Assembly: GCA_964518215.1 (NCBI GenBank) | Contig: CAZFFP010000005.1 | Coordinates: forward strand, 15,502-79,501 | Length of the DNA stretch: 64,000 bases | Direction of reading: 5' to 3' | From: an uncultured Chitinophagaceae bacterium | Lineage (GTDB): Bacteria > Bacteroidota > Bacteroidia > Chitinophagales > CAIOSU01 | The notes under the pieces: generated by a model | Database searches by the model: none | The model's input: the letters and a program-made list of their open reading frames with translations, nothing else | Told to the model about the DNA's origin: nothing | In this document: piece after piece, positions 1 to 8,474 of the stretch | Layout of the letters: every line of letters begins with the position of its first letter | Numbering within the stretch: position 1 is the stretch's first letter | Translations under genes and position numbers: made by a program

Positions 1-598
1 CTAATCCTAAAAGCCCATCCATTCCGGGAGGCAAATAGGCATAGCCTGCAACACCCGGACGACTAATAGAATTTACTACCCAAATATTCAGATACAATTC
101 GCGCGGCCAAATGACAAACTTTGCATCGTCAGAACCAAGATAAGTAAGCATTGAGCGATAACGATTAATACCATTAGTACAATTTCTATTTGGATCTTGA
201 GTGGCAAGCCTAAACTCTATTTCACAATCGGCAGCAACAGCCTTAAAGGCATTCACAATTTGAGAGGTATCACTGTTACGAAGACGGAAATCTTCATTCA
301 AAATTCTTACTGCATCATAAATCTGGTCATCTGAAATATTTTCAGGACCATAGTTGTGCAAAATATGAAATACAATAGGAATAGTATATATCTGCCCGCT
401 TCTTGATTGATGACCACTTTGACTTCTGATATATTGAGCCGTAAACGAATCAATTTGTGCTCTGGCTGACGCTAACCAAGGATGTTCTTCGAGCAATTTT
501 TGACTCATATCGTCAGAAGCGCAAGAAAAATTATTTGTTTGTGCAAAAGCAAAAAAAGAAAAGCAAAAAGATGTAAAGATTAAAATCGTTTTTTTCAT
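1..598 (-). CDS. Secreted M43-type zinc metalloprotease, N-terminal part only (gene runs off the left edge)
   Basis: Not in the ORF track because there is no stop inside the window. Reverse-strand ATG at 598-596 is followed by the signal peptide MKKTILIFTSFCFSFFAFAQ, and the frame stays open to position 2. YTIPIVFHILHN..ILNEDFRLRN..CEIEFRLATQDPN..LNIWVV is colinear with the N-terminal part of the 8475-13031 protease. Confidence 0.7.
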   Translation of the reverse strand, partial: MKKTILIFTSFCFSFFAFAQTNNFSCASDDMSQKLLEEHPWLASARAQIDSFTAQYIRSQSGHQSRSGQIYTIPIVFHILHNYGPENISDDQIYDAVRILNEDFRLRNSDTSQIVNAFKAVAADCEIEFRLATQDPNRNCTNGINRYRSMLTYLGSDDAKFVIWPRELYLNIWVVNSISRPGVAGYAYLPPGMDGLLGL

Positions 599-814
599 TT
601 GTAGAGCATTATTAGCTTAAGAAAATTTTCATGAAAATAATGAATTTTATTAAAATCAGGAGAAATCACGATAGTAAATAATTACCTGTCTTACCATGAA
701 ATTCCTTCTATTCTGAGTTGCAAGCACCTGTTTTTTTGAGCAAGAAAAAGATTTTTTTCAGCCTGCTTCTACACTAATTCACACATCTTCATAACTTTGA
801 AGCATTCCAACCTT

Positions 815-2005
815 ATGTCCCTCCGAAATTTATTCCTCACACACGTAGCGCAAACCAGCGATGCGCCCTTAATGCTCGAAATAGAAAGGGCTTCGGGCAT
901 TTATCTTTTTGGCGCTGACGGAAAAAAATATCTCGACCTCATTTCGGGTATCAGCGTGAGCAACCTCGGTCATTGTCATCCGGCAGTGGTGAAAGCCGTG
1001 AAGGAGCAAGCTGAAAAATTCATGCACCTCATGGTATATGGCGAATACATTCACTATCCGCAGGTGGCGTTTTCCAAATTATTAACCGAGCAATTGCCCC
1101 AAAATCTCAATTGTGTGTATTTAGTCAATTCGGGTGCTGAAGCCACCGAAGGAGCTATGAAATTAGCCAAGCGACATACAGGAAGAACTGAAATAATTTA
1201 TTGCCAAAATTCTTATCACGGCAGCACACAAGGCGCACTGAGCATTATGGGCGTTGAAAGTTTCAAAAACGCTTTTCGCCCTTTGTTGCCCGGCACTAAA
1301 ATGATTCGCTATGGTGCAGAAGCAGATATTTCTGAAATTACTGCTGAAACCGCAGCCGTGTTTTTAGAGCCGGTACAGGCGGAGTCGGGTGTTACGTTAG
1401 CTTCTGAAAAGTATTTTGAAAAAATAAGAGCGCGTTGCAATCAAACAGGAACATTGTTGATTTTCGATGAAATACAAACCGGCTTTGGCAGAACCGGAAC
1501 GCTCTTCGCGTTTGAGCCGCTCAATATTGTGCCCGATATTCTTTTATTAGCCAAAGGTATGGGGGGCGGAATGCCAATTGGCGCATTTGTTTCTTCGAAA
1601 AAAATCTTGAACAGTCTGACACATCAACCGGTGCTGGGGCATATTACTACTTTCGGAGGCAATGCGGTTACTGCTGCGGCAGCCAAAGCAACTTTAGAAG
1701 TGCTGCTTGAAACAAAAATTTTCGAAAAAGTTGCCGCTAAAGAAAAACTCTTTTTAGAAAAATTGCAACACAAGGCAATCCAACAAATCAGAAGTAAAGG
1801 TTTACTGTTAGCCTTAGAATTCGACAGTTTTGAAACCAATAAAAAAATCATAGACCGCTGTATCGAAAACGGTATCATTACTGATTGGTTTTTATTCGCT
1901 CCACATTGTATGCGCATAGCGCCACCACTCATTATTTCCGAAAGCGAAATAATTTCGGCTTGCGATATTATTTTAGAATCCATTAATCAGGCAACCGACA
2001 ATTGA
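815..2005 (+). CDS. Class-III (acetylornithine/aspartate aminotransferase family) PLP-dependent aminotransferase
   Basis: The 402-aa track ORF starts at TTG 797. The ATG at 815 (MSLRNLFL..) is the more likely start. Family motifs: GISVSNLGHCHP, VNSGAEATEGAMKLA, FDEIQTGFGRTG, LLLAKGMGGGMPIGAF (PLP-lysine region). Confidence 0.85.
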   Translation: MSLRNLFLTHVAQTSDAPLMLEIERASGIYLFGADGKKYLDLISGISVSNLGHCHPAVVKAVKEQAEKFMHLMVYGEYIHYPQVAFSKLLTEQLPQNLNCVYLVNSGAEATEGAMKLAKRHTGRTEIIYCQNSYHGSTQGALSIMGVESFKNAFRPLLPGTKMIRYGAEADISEITAETAAVFLEPVQAESGVTLASEKYFEKIRARCNQTGTLLIFDEIQTGFGRTGTLFAFEPLNIVPDILLLAKGMGGGMPIGAFVSSKKILNSLTHQPVLGHITTFGGNAVTAAAAKATLEVLLETKIFEKVAAKEKLFLEKLQHKAIQQIRSKGLLLALEFDSFETNKKIIDRCIENGIITDWFLFAPHCMRIAPPLIISESEIISACDIILESINQATDN

Positions 2006-2946
2006 GAAACCTTATATACTTCAGCATACTTTCAATCTTTGTTTTTTCTTCCTGTAAGAAAGAAAAAATTCCTTTTCTGTGGCAGGTGCTCGACACCGAC
2101 ACACAGCACATTTTATACACGCTCTCGGTAGTGAACGACACGGTGTATTGTTTCGGAGGAAAAACTTATGAGCAAGGCATCATGCTTAAAGCATTCGGAA
2201 AAGAAATTGTTTACTCCGATTCAGTTGTTACGAAAGCCATTTATACTTCTTGTTTCATTCATTCCGAAAAAGGTTTTATTGGTGAATATGACGGCAGAAT
2301 ATACACCAGCGAAAACGCAGGAAACACATGGAACGAGTATCAAACCCATAATTGGTTGCCCATTCAGAAAATTGTTTTTTTCGAAAATTGGGGCATAGCG
2401 GTTGGTGGCAGCGGACAAAATGAAGGGGTGTTGTGCGTGAGCGATAATGGTGGTATTTCGTGGAGTGAAACACGCTTAGAGCGCGAATTGAGAGCCGTTG
2501 CCATAGTTGATTCCAATACGGCTTTGGCGGCAGGATTTGGTGTGGTGCTGCGCACCACCAACCGCACGCAATCGTGGGATACACTGCGTATGGACGGAGA
2601 TTTTTTTACCGATGTTCAATTCATAGGTAGCACGGGATATTTGCTCGGGCATTCGGGCACACTTTACAAGTCCACAAACAATGGTGTTGCGTGGAAAAAA
2701 ATAAAAGTGCAAACGGCTCGCTTTTTCAATTACGGGTTTTTCAATGCGCTGCATTTTACCGATACGCAACGGGGCATTATTTGTGGCGAAAACGGTTTGG
2801 CGCTCCTTACTACCGATGGAGGTAACTCATGGTCAGAGCCTGAAAACAAACCCGACTTTCATTTTAAAGATGTATGGCTGTCACCCGTTTCCAATAGCGG
2901 TTATTTGTGTGGCAGCAAAGGCGGGTTGGTGTATTTTGAGTTTTGA
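2002..2946 (+). CDS. BNR/Asp-box repeat beta-propeller lipoprotein (Ycf48/sialidase-like fold)
   Basis: 314 aa. Lipoprotein-type signal ending FSSC. Repeated Asp-box motifs: SENAGNTWNE, SDNGGISWSE, TNRTQSWDT, STNNGVAWKK, TTDGGNSWSE. The TTG start overlaps the upstream stop (ATTGA). Confidence 0.6.
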   Translation: MRNLIYFSILSIFVFSSCKKEKIPFLWQVLDTDTQHILYTLSVVNDTVYCFGGKTYEQGIMLKAFGKEIVYSDSVVTKAIYTSCFIHSEKGFIGEYDGRIYTSENAGNTWNEYQTHNWLPIQKIVFFENWGIAVGGSGQNEGVLCVSDNGGISWSETRLERELRAVAIVDSNTALAAGFGVVLRTTNRTQSWDTLRMDGDFFTDVQFIGSTGYLLGHSGTLYKSTNNGVAWKKIKVQTARFFNYGFFNALHFTDTQRGIICGENGLALLTTDGGNSWSEPENKPDFHFKDVWLSPVSNSGYLCGSKGGLVYFEF

Positions 2947-2954
2947 GATTTTCT

Positions 2955-3140
2955 GCCCTCACTCGCATCTCTCGGGTGAGCATTGTTGAAGCCTCCGGCT
3001 GAAATTTACTTGAAAATATTTTGTGCAAGATGCACAGTCAAGCCTCACTCGCGAAACGCGAGCGAGGGAGGTAAGCCGTCCGACCACTGCGCTAATTGTC
3101 AGAATCGTGGATTTGGCAGATGAAATGATTACACGGATTT
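2955..3140. repeat. Cluster of GC-rich short hairpin repeats in 3' intergenic DNA
   Basis: CCTCACTCGC occurs twice (about 2957 and 3043). Hairpins: AGCC-TCC-GGCT (2990-3001) and CTCGCG-AAA-CGCGAG (3047-3064). A related copy of the last hairpin lies at 30029-30046. Confidence 0.5.
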
Positions 3141-3391
3141 TGTTTTCAAACCCGCTTTACTTTTTCAAACATTCCGCGCCATCCTGTAATCTGTTTCATC
3201 AGTTGTTCAGACCACTTCACATTGAATCGAAATCAAATTATAAAAAGTTGCGGAAGTGGGTATATTTGGGGGTTGGCAGGCAGCTTAATAGACAGTTAAT
3301 CTTTTCAAACGATATTTAATCGAAACTGACGAAGAAACATTTTTGGATAAATGAAAAAGGAATTTTCAAACAGAACACAAATAGACAATAT

Positions 3392-4309
3392 ATGATACCA
3401 GACTACCAAACATTAATGCTTCCATTACTCAAACTTGTTTCGGACGGACAGGATCATAAATACAGAGACCTGATTGAAAGTTTGGCTGTAGAATTCAAAG
3501 TAACAGACGAAGAACGCAAAGAACTTTTGGCAAGTGGCAACCAAGCTATTTTTGACAACAGAGTTGGTTGGGCAAAGACTTATTTGAAAAAAGCTGGGCT
3601 TCTTGACTCTCCTAAACGTGCGACATTTGCAATTACTGACCTTGGTAGACAAACCTTAGCTAAAAAGCCCGAACGCATTGATGCAAAATATTTAAGACAG
3701 TTTCCTGCATTTTTAGAGTTTCAAAACTCATCACGTAATGACAACGAAACCGAAGATGAAACAACAATCGTTTCAACCAATGACCAAACGCCTGAAGAGA
3801 TTTTAGACAAAGCCTATCAAAGAATACGCAAATCTTTAGCTTCGGAACTGTTAAATAAAGTGATTGAACTATCACCTGCTTTTTTTGAACGACTTGTAGT
3901 TGAACTTTTGGTAAAAATGGGTTACGGTGGCTCAATCAAGGACGCAGGAAAAGCAATGGGAAAAAGCGGTGATGAAGGAATTGACGGCACAATTAAAGAA
4001 GATAAACTCGGACTTGACATTATTTACATTCAAGCCAAACGTTGGAAACCAGGAAACGTAGTTGGACGACCTGAACTTCAAAAATTTGTTGGTGCACTTG
4101 CCGGACAAGGAGCCAAAAAAGGTATTTTCATTACGACTTCAAGTTTTACAAAAGAAGCCCTGGAATACACACCAAGAAACGAGACAAAAATTGTTTTGAT
4201 AGATGGTGAACAGTTGACCCAACTAATGATTGACTATAATCTTGGTTGCACTGCACAACAGACTTATGAACTGAAAAAAATTGACAGTGACTACTTTGGA
4301 GAAGAATAA
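3392..4309 (+). CDS. mrr: Mrr-family type IV (modification-dependent) restriction endonuclease
   Basis: 305 aa. N-terminal winged-helix Mrr_N-like region (MIPDYQTLMLPLLKLVSDG..). C-terminal Mrr_cat PD-(D/E)XK core: FERLVVELLVKMGYGG..GDEGIDG..IYIQAKRW. Confidence 0.85.
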   Translation: MIPDYQTLMLPLLKLVSDGQDHKYRDLIESLAVEFKVTDEERKELLASGNQAIFDNRVGWAKTYLKKAGLLDSPKRATFAITDLGRQTLAKKPERIDAKYLRQFPAFLEFQNSSRNDNETEDETTIVSTNDQTPEEILDKAYQRIRKSLASELLNKVIELSPAFFERLVVELLVKMGYGGSIKDAGKAMGKSGDEGIDGTIKEDKLGLDIIYIQAKRWKPGNVVGRPELQKFVGALAGQGAKKGIFITTSSFTKEALEYTPRNETKIVLIDGEQLTQLMIDYNLGCTAQQTYELKKIDSDYFGEE

Positions 4310-4516
4310 ACCATACGAAAGAAGAGAAACCAGCCCTTCAGCAATTACAATTTGCACATAAATTTCTCATTGATTTCTCCCGTCAGCTAAAGCAGACGGC
4401 AACCTGACTTCAGATTTTCATCCCCCTGCCAATATTCCTACTCTATGCAGTAGGGAACCTCGCTTGGCTGCAAAAGAACTACGCGCAAGGGGGACTTTTA
4501 GGTTATTACATTTTCA

Positions 4517-4540
4517 AAACTTCATTGCTTAATGAAGTTT
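4517..4540. terminator. Perfect 10-bp stem-loop between the convergent mrr and smc genes (possible terminator, no clear U-tract)
   Basis: AAACTTCATT-GCTT-AATGAAGTTT. It lies between the two gene ends. The lack of a flanking T-run lowers confidence. Confidence 0.3.
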
Positions 4541-4586
4541 CAAATCTCACATCTAATATCTCAATTCTCACTTCTCCCTACTCCCC

Positions 4587-7500
4587 TCACTCCAAATCCC
4601 GAAAATCCACCGGCACTACTTTCGACACGCCAAGTTCCTGCATGGTTACGCCATAGATGACATCTACCGCAGCCATGGTGTTTTTGTTGTGGGTTACGAG
4701 AATGAACTGTGAGTTGCTGCTGAACTCGCGAATCATTTTGTTGAACTTGCCGATATTGGCATCGTCCAATGGCGCGTCCACCTCATCGAGAATACAGAAG
4801 GGCGCGGGTTTCAACAAGTATAATGCGAAAAGAATGGCTAAAGCGGTGAGCGTTTTTTCTCCGCCCGAAAGCTGGTCTATCACTTGTGGGCGTTTGCCTT
4901 TGGGTTGCGCTACAATTTCAATTTTCGATTCCAAAGGATTGGTGGGGTCGGAAAGGCGCAGGTCGCAGTTATCTTCTTCGGTAAAGAGCGAACGAAATAC
5001 CTTAATGAAATGCTCGCGCGCCTGCACAAAGGCATCCATGAATTTGTCTTTGGCGCTGTTTTCAATTTCGCTCATGGTTGCCAACAATGAGTTTTTCGCT
5101 TCTAACAAATCGTTGCGCTGCGCGGTGATGAAATCGTGGCGCTCTTTCATTTCCTTGTAAGCCTCCATTGCCATGGGGTTCACTTCGCCAAAGCGCTCCA
5201 ACTTTTCTTTGAACTGCTGCACTTTCTGGCGCAGGTCTTCTTCGTTCATTTCAGAATTGGGTTCCTGCTCAATAATATCGTTGATGCCGATATTGAATTC
5301 TACCGAAAGGCGCTCTTTCAGCGTTTCCAATAAAATTTTCAGTTCGGTATTTTTCTCCCGAATCTCATTGGTGATAAGGTCGGTTTGCTGTTTTATTTTT
5401 TGCTCCTGCTTCAGCGCATCTTCTTTTTCGGTGATGGCTGCACGGGCTTCGTAATATATTTTTTCCGCTTCCGAAAGCGAATCTTCAAACGCTTTTCGTC
5501 CTGCCACCACTTCCTGCAATTCCTTTTCTAATGTTTCGTTCACCTTTTCCTGTTCCGAATGTTTTTCATCGGCAGTTTTTATTTCTTCGTTGTTGCGGGT
5601 GGTGCGCTCATTAATTTCTTCAATCTGCTTTTCGGTGTATTGCACTTCCTGCTGCAACTGGCTCAACAGGTTTTGCTGCTGATAGAAATAGATATTGCGC
5701 TCGTTGTATTTCGCGGCATTGATATTCAGTTGGTCGGCTGCTTCCTGAAAATCTTTCTGCACTTTATAATAACGCTCGTCTAAATCTTTGCGGGTGGTTT
5801 GTGTTTCGGTTAAATGCGCTTCGGCAACCTGAAGGTCTTGCTCAATCAATGCCAAACGCTCGTTGATTTCTTCATTCTTGCGTAGGTTTTCGGTAACAAA
5901 CGATTGTGTGTTTTCAATCGTGGCGGTGAGCGATGCCAAACGATTGTTGAGTTGGTTCAACTGTTGTTGAGTGGTAACAATTTGATTGCGCACGGTTTCG
6001 TTGCGCACGGTATTCACCTCCTGCTGCTTTTGTTGCAGCATAGTTTCCGTTTGTTTTTTCTGCGCTTCTAATTTTTCAACTTCTTTCTGAAGTTTTTCTA
6101 AATTTTTAGCCCGACCTATTCTCATGCCTTCAAACAAACCTACCGCGCCACCCGAAAGCGAGTAGCCCGTGCGGGCATACTTGCCACTTTTAGAAAGCAA
6201 TACGGCATCGCCATTTTTCTGCACACTCAATTTGCCGAACACATCTGGATTGTCGCGGAAAATTTCATCGGCTACGATATAGGCACTATCTAAAAGAAAC
6301 GCAGCTAATTTTCTGTATCGCTCTTCCACCTCCACCAATTCGGTAGCGGGCATAATGCTTTCGGCTATCAAAGGTGTTTTGGGCGAGTAAGCGGCAAATT
6401 CTGAAAGAATGAAAAAGTTGGCGCGACCTTTACCCGAATCGCTGAGTAAATGAACCGACTCTAAAGCGCTTTCAGAATCATCAAGTACGAAATAGTTGAG
6501 ATAAGGCTCCAGATAATTTTCAATCGCCACGCGATATTCTTCCTTGCAATAAATAACATCAGAAAGCAGAGGCGCTTCTTTGGTTTTATTGCTTTTGGCA
6601 TTCTTTTTCAAAAACTTGATACTCTCCGGAAAACCTTCGAGGTTGTCAATCAAACTTTTGTTCAGATTGTATTCGTTGGTTTTGGCATCGAGGGTGCGAT
6701 TTTCGGTAGCGAGTTTTTGTTTCAGTTGTTCAATATCGGCTTGCAACTGCTCCATGCGCTGTGTCCATTCAGTTTCGCGCTTGTTGAGTTGTTCCAATTC
6801 TTCCGAAAATTTATTGCGCTCGGTATCGTGTGTTTGGTATTCGGCTTTCAGTTCGGAAAGTTTTATTTCGCGCGAAGCGTTTTCGCTTTTCTGTTGCTCG
6901 GCAATGCGCAGCAAATTGTCTTTCTGATTTTTTCCTACCGAAATTTTCTTTTCTAATTCATAAATTTTCTTGTCGCTTTCGGCACGGTCTTTTATTAGTG
7001 TGTCCACCTGATTCTTCAATTCATCGTGATTGCCTCTGAAACCCGAAACGCTCGCGTTGAGTTCTTCCACTTCGGTTTTCAACTGCTCCACTACGGTTTG
7101 CTGCTTAGCCACACGGTCTTTGGTGCTGTTGAGTTGTGCCGAAACATTGTTGAGTTGCAAAGAAGCATTTTCAATCTGTGTGCGGATGTTTTCTTTTTTC
7201 TCGCGGAGATATTTCACCTGCTCTACACCGATGTTGCGCTCGTTTTCTTTTTTAGAAATGGCAGCCAGAATTTCGTTGAGTTTTTTCTGACGCTCGGTGA
7301 GGCTTTTTTCTTTTTCGAGCGAATCTGCTTTTTCTTTTTCGAGTTCGGCTTCTAATGCGGCAATTTTCTGTTCAATTTCTTTCGCACGTTTATCCTGGTC
7401 TTCGTTTTGTGTTTTCAAATCTCTGAAAGACGATACATAACGCTGCACCTGAAACTTCGATAGCTCCAGCGTGAGTTCTTTGTATTCTTCTTTCATTTTA

Positions 7501-8171
7501 TAATAGCGCTCTGCTTTCTTCGCCTGCGATTCAAGCGTTTTCAGATTATTGCCGATTTCAAACAGCAAATCTTCCACGCGCGCCAAATCAGCATCGGTGG
7601 CGGACAGTTTGCTGAGGGTTTCTTTTTTGCGGGTTTTAAATTTGGCGATGCCTGCTGCCTGCTCAAACAATTTTCTGCGCGAGTTGTCGCGGTCGTTCAG
7701 AATTTCGTCTATCATGCCCAATTCGATGATGGCATACGAATCGTTGCTTACGCCTGTGTCTAAAAACAAGTTGGTGATGTCTTTAAGGCGGCAGGTAACA
7801 TTGTTGAGGCGGTATTCGCTTTCGCCACTGCGGTGCAGCACCCGCGAAATGCTAACGGTAGAAAATTCGGAAGGCAGCAGTCCTTTGTTGTTATCGAACG
7901 TGAGCGAAACTTCCGCCATACCCGCAGGTTTACGGTTTTTGGAGCCGTTGAAAATGAGATTGTCCATCTTTTCGGAACGCAACTGGCTGGTGCGCTGCTC
8001 GCCCAATACCCAGCGAATGGCATCTACCACGTTGGATTTGCCACTGCCATTGGGACCCACCACGCCCGTAATATCCTGATTGATATGAATGGAAGTTTTA
8101 TCGGCAAAACTCTTGAAGCCCTTGATTTCTAAAGTAGTTAAACGCAAAGTATAGTTTATTGAGAAGGGCAA
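4587..8171 (-). CDS. smc: Chromosome segregation ATPase SMC
   Basis: 1194 aa. Walker A GPNGSGKSN, long coiled coils, central hinge, signature LSGGEKT, Walker B ILDEVDAPLD. No ATG near the N-terminus, so the start is TTG at 8171 or TTG at 8147 (MRLTTLEIKGFKSF). Confidence 0.95.
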   Translation of the reverse strand: MPFSINYTLRLTTLEIKGFKSFADKTSIHINQDITGVVGPNGSGKSNVVDAIRWVLGEQRTSQLRSEKMDNLIFNGSKNRKPAGMAEVSLTFDNNKGLLPSEFSTVSISRVLHRSGESEYRLNNVTCRLKDITNLFLDTGVSNDSYAIIELGMIDEILNDRDNSRRKLFEQAAGIAKFKTRKKETLSKLSATDADLARVEDLLFEIGNNLKTLESQAKKAERYYKMKEEYKELTLELSKFQVQRYVSSFRDLKTQNEDQDKRAKEIEQKIAALEAELEKEKADSLEKEKSLTERQKKLNEILAAISKKENERNIGVEQVKYLREKKENIRTQIENASLQLNNVSAQLNSTKDRVAKQQTVVEQLKTEVEELNASVSGFRGNHDELKNQVDTLIKDRAESDKKIYELEKKISVGKNQKDNLLRIAEQQKSENASREIKLSELKAEYQTHDTERNKFSEELEQLNKRETEWTQRMEQLQADIEQLKQKLATENRTLDAKTNEYNLNKSLIDNLEGFPESIKFLKKNAKSNKTKEAPLLSDVIYCKEEYRVAIENYLEPYLNYFVLDDSESALESVHLLSDSGKGRANFFILSEFAAYSPKTPLIAESIMPATELVEVEERYRKLAAFLLDSAYIVADEIFRDNPDVFGKLSVQKNGDAVLLSKSGKYARTGYSLSGGAVGLFEGMRIGRAKNLEKLQKEVEKLEAQKKQTETMLQQKQQEVNTVRNETVRNQIVTTQQQLNQLNNRLASLTATIENTQSFVTENLRKNEEINERLALIEQDLQVAEAHLTETQTTRKDLDERYYKVQKDFQEAADQLNINAAKYNERNIYFYQQQNLLSQLQQEVQYTEKQIEEINERTTRNNEEIKTADEKHSEQEKVNETLEKELQEVVAGRKAFEDSLSEAEKIYYEARAAITEKEDALKQEQKIKQQTDLITNEIREKNTELKILLETLKERLSVEFNIGINDIIEQEPNSEMNEEDLRQKVQQFKEKLERFGEVNPMAMEAYKEMKERHDFITAQRNDLLEAKNSLLATMSEIENSAKDKFMDAFVQAREHFIKVFRSLFTEEDNCDLRLSDPTNPLESKIEIVAQPKGKRPQVIDQLSGGEKTLTALAILFALYLLKPAPFCILDEVDAPLDDANIGKFNKMIREFSSNSQFILVTHNKNTMAAVDVIYGVTMQELGVSKVVPVDFRDLE

Positions 8172-8474
8172 AAATACACAAATAGCGTTGGGGAAAAAGG
8201 GGGCAGCGAAAAAGGTGGATAAGGTGTGGGAAAGTGGCGACTATTGTGCCCCGATAGTTATCTGAATTATGATTAGGGGAATTGTTTGTTGCGGGAAAGG
8301 TATTTCCTGCTGTGTGGAGTATGCTACAACTGCATTCAATTTCAAAAAACATTTGAGTTATAGCAAAAAAAAAATCCGCATTCAAAATTAATCCTCTAAG
8401 AATATTATCTTTGGAAGACAACGTTAAACTCCCATTGTGATTTTTTGTTACTATTCAAATCTTTTATCTGAATA

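Noticed and set aside
3023-3319. 98-aa ORF (MQDAQSSLTRETRAREVSRP..) upstream of mrr
   Set aside because: It lies entirely within the GC-rich hairpin-repeat spacer. The peptide is low-complexity and simply reflects the repeats. It has no recognisable motif or plausible start context.
4657-8132. Numerous 60-176-aa ORFs antisense to or out of frame with smc
   Set aside because: They are fully nested in a very well-supported 1194-aa SMC gene. Coiled-coil codon periodicity typically leaves long spurious open frames.
8098-8421. 107-aa minus-strand ORF and a purine-rich tract (GGGGAAAAAGGGGGCAGCGAAAAAGGTGGATAAGGTGTGGGAAAG) in the smc/M43 divergent spacer
   Set aside because: The ORF overlaps the smc 5' end and has no motif. 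The purine tract is a single copy without a repeat or hairpin partner, so I treat it as promoter-region composition only.
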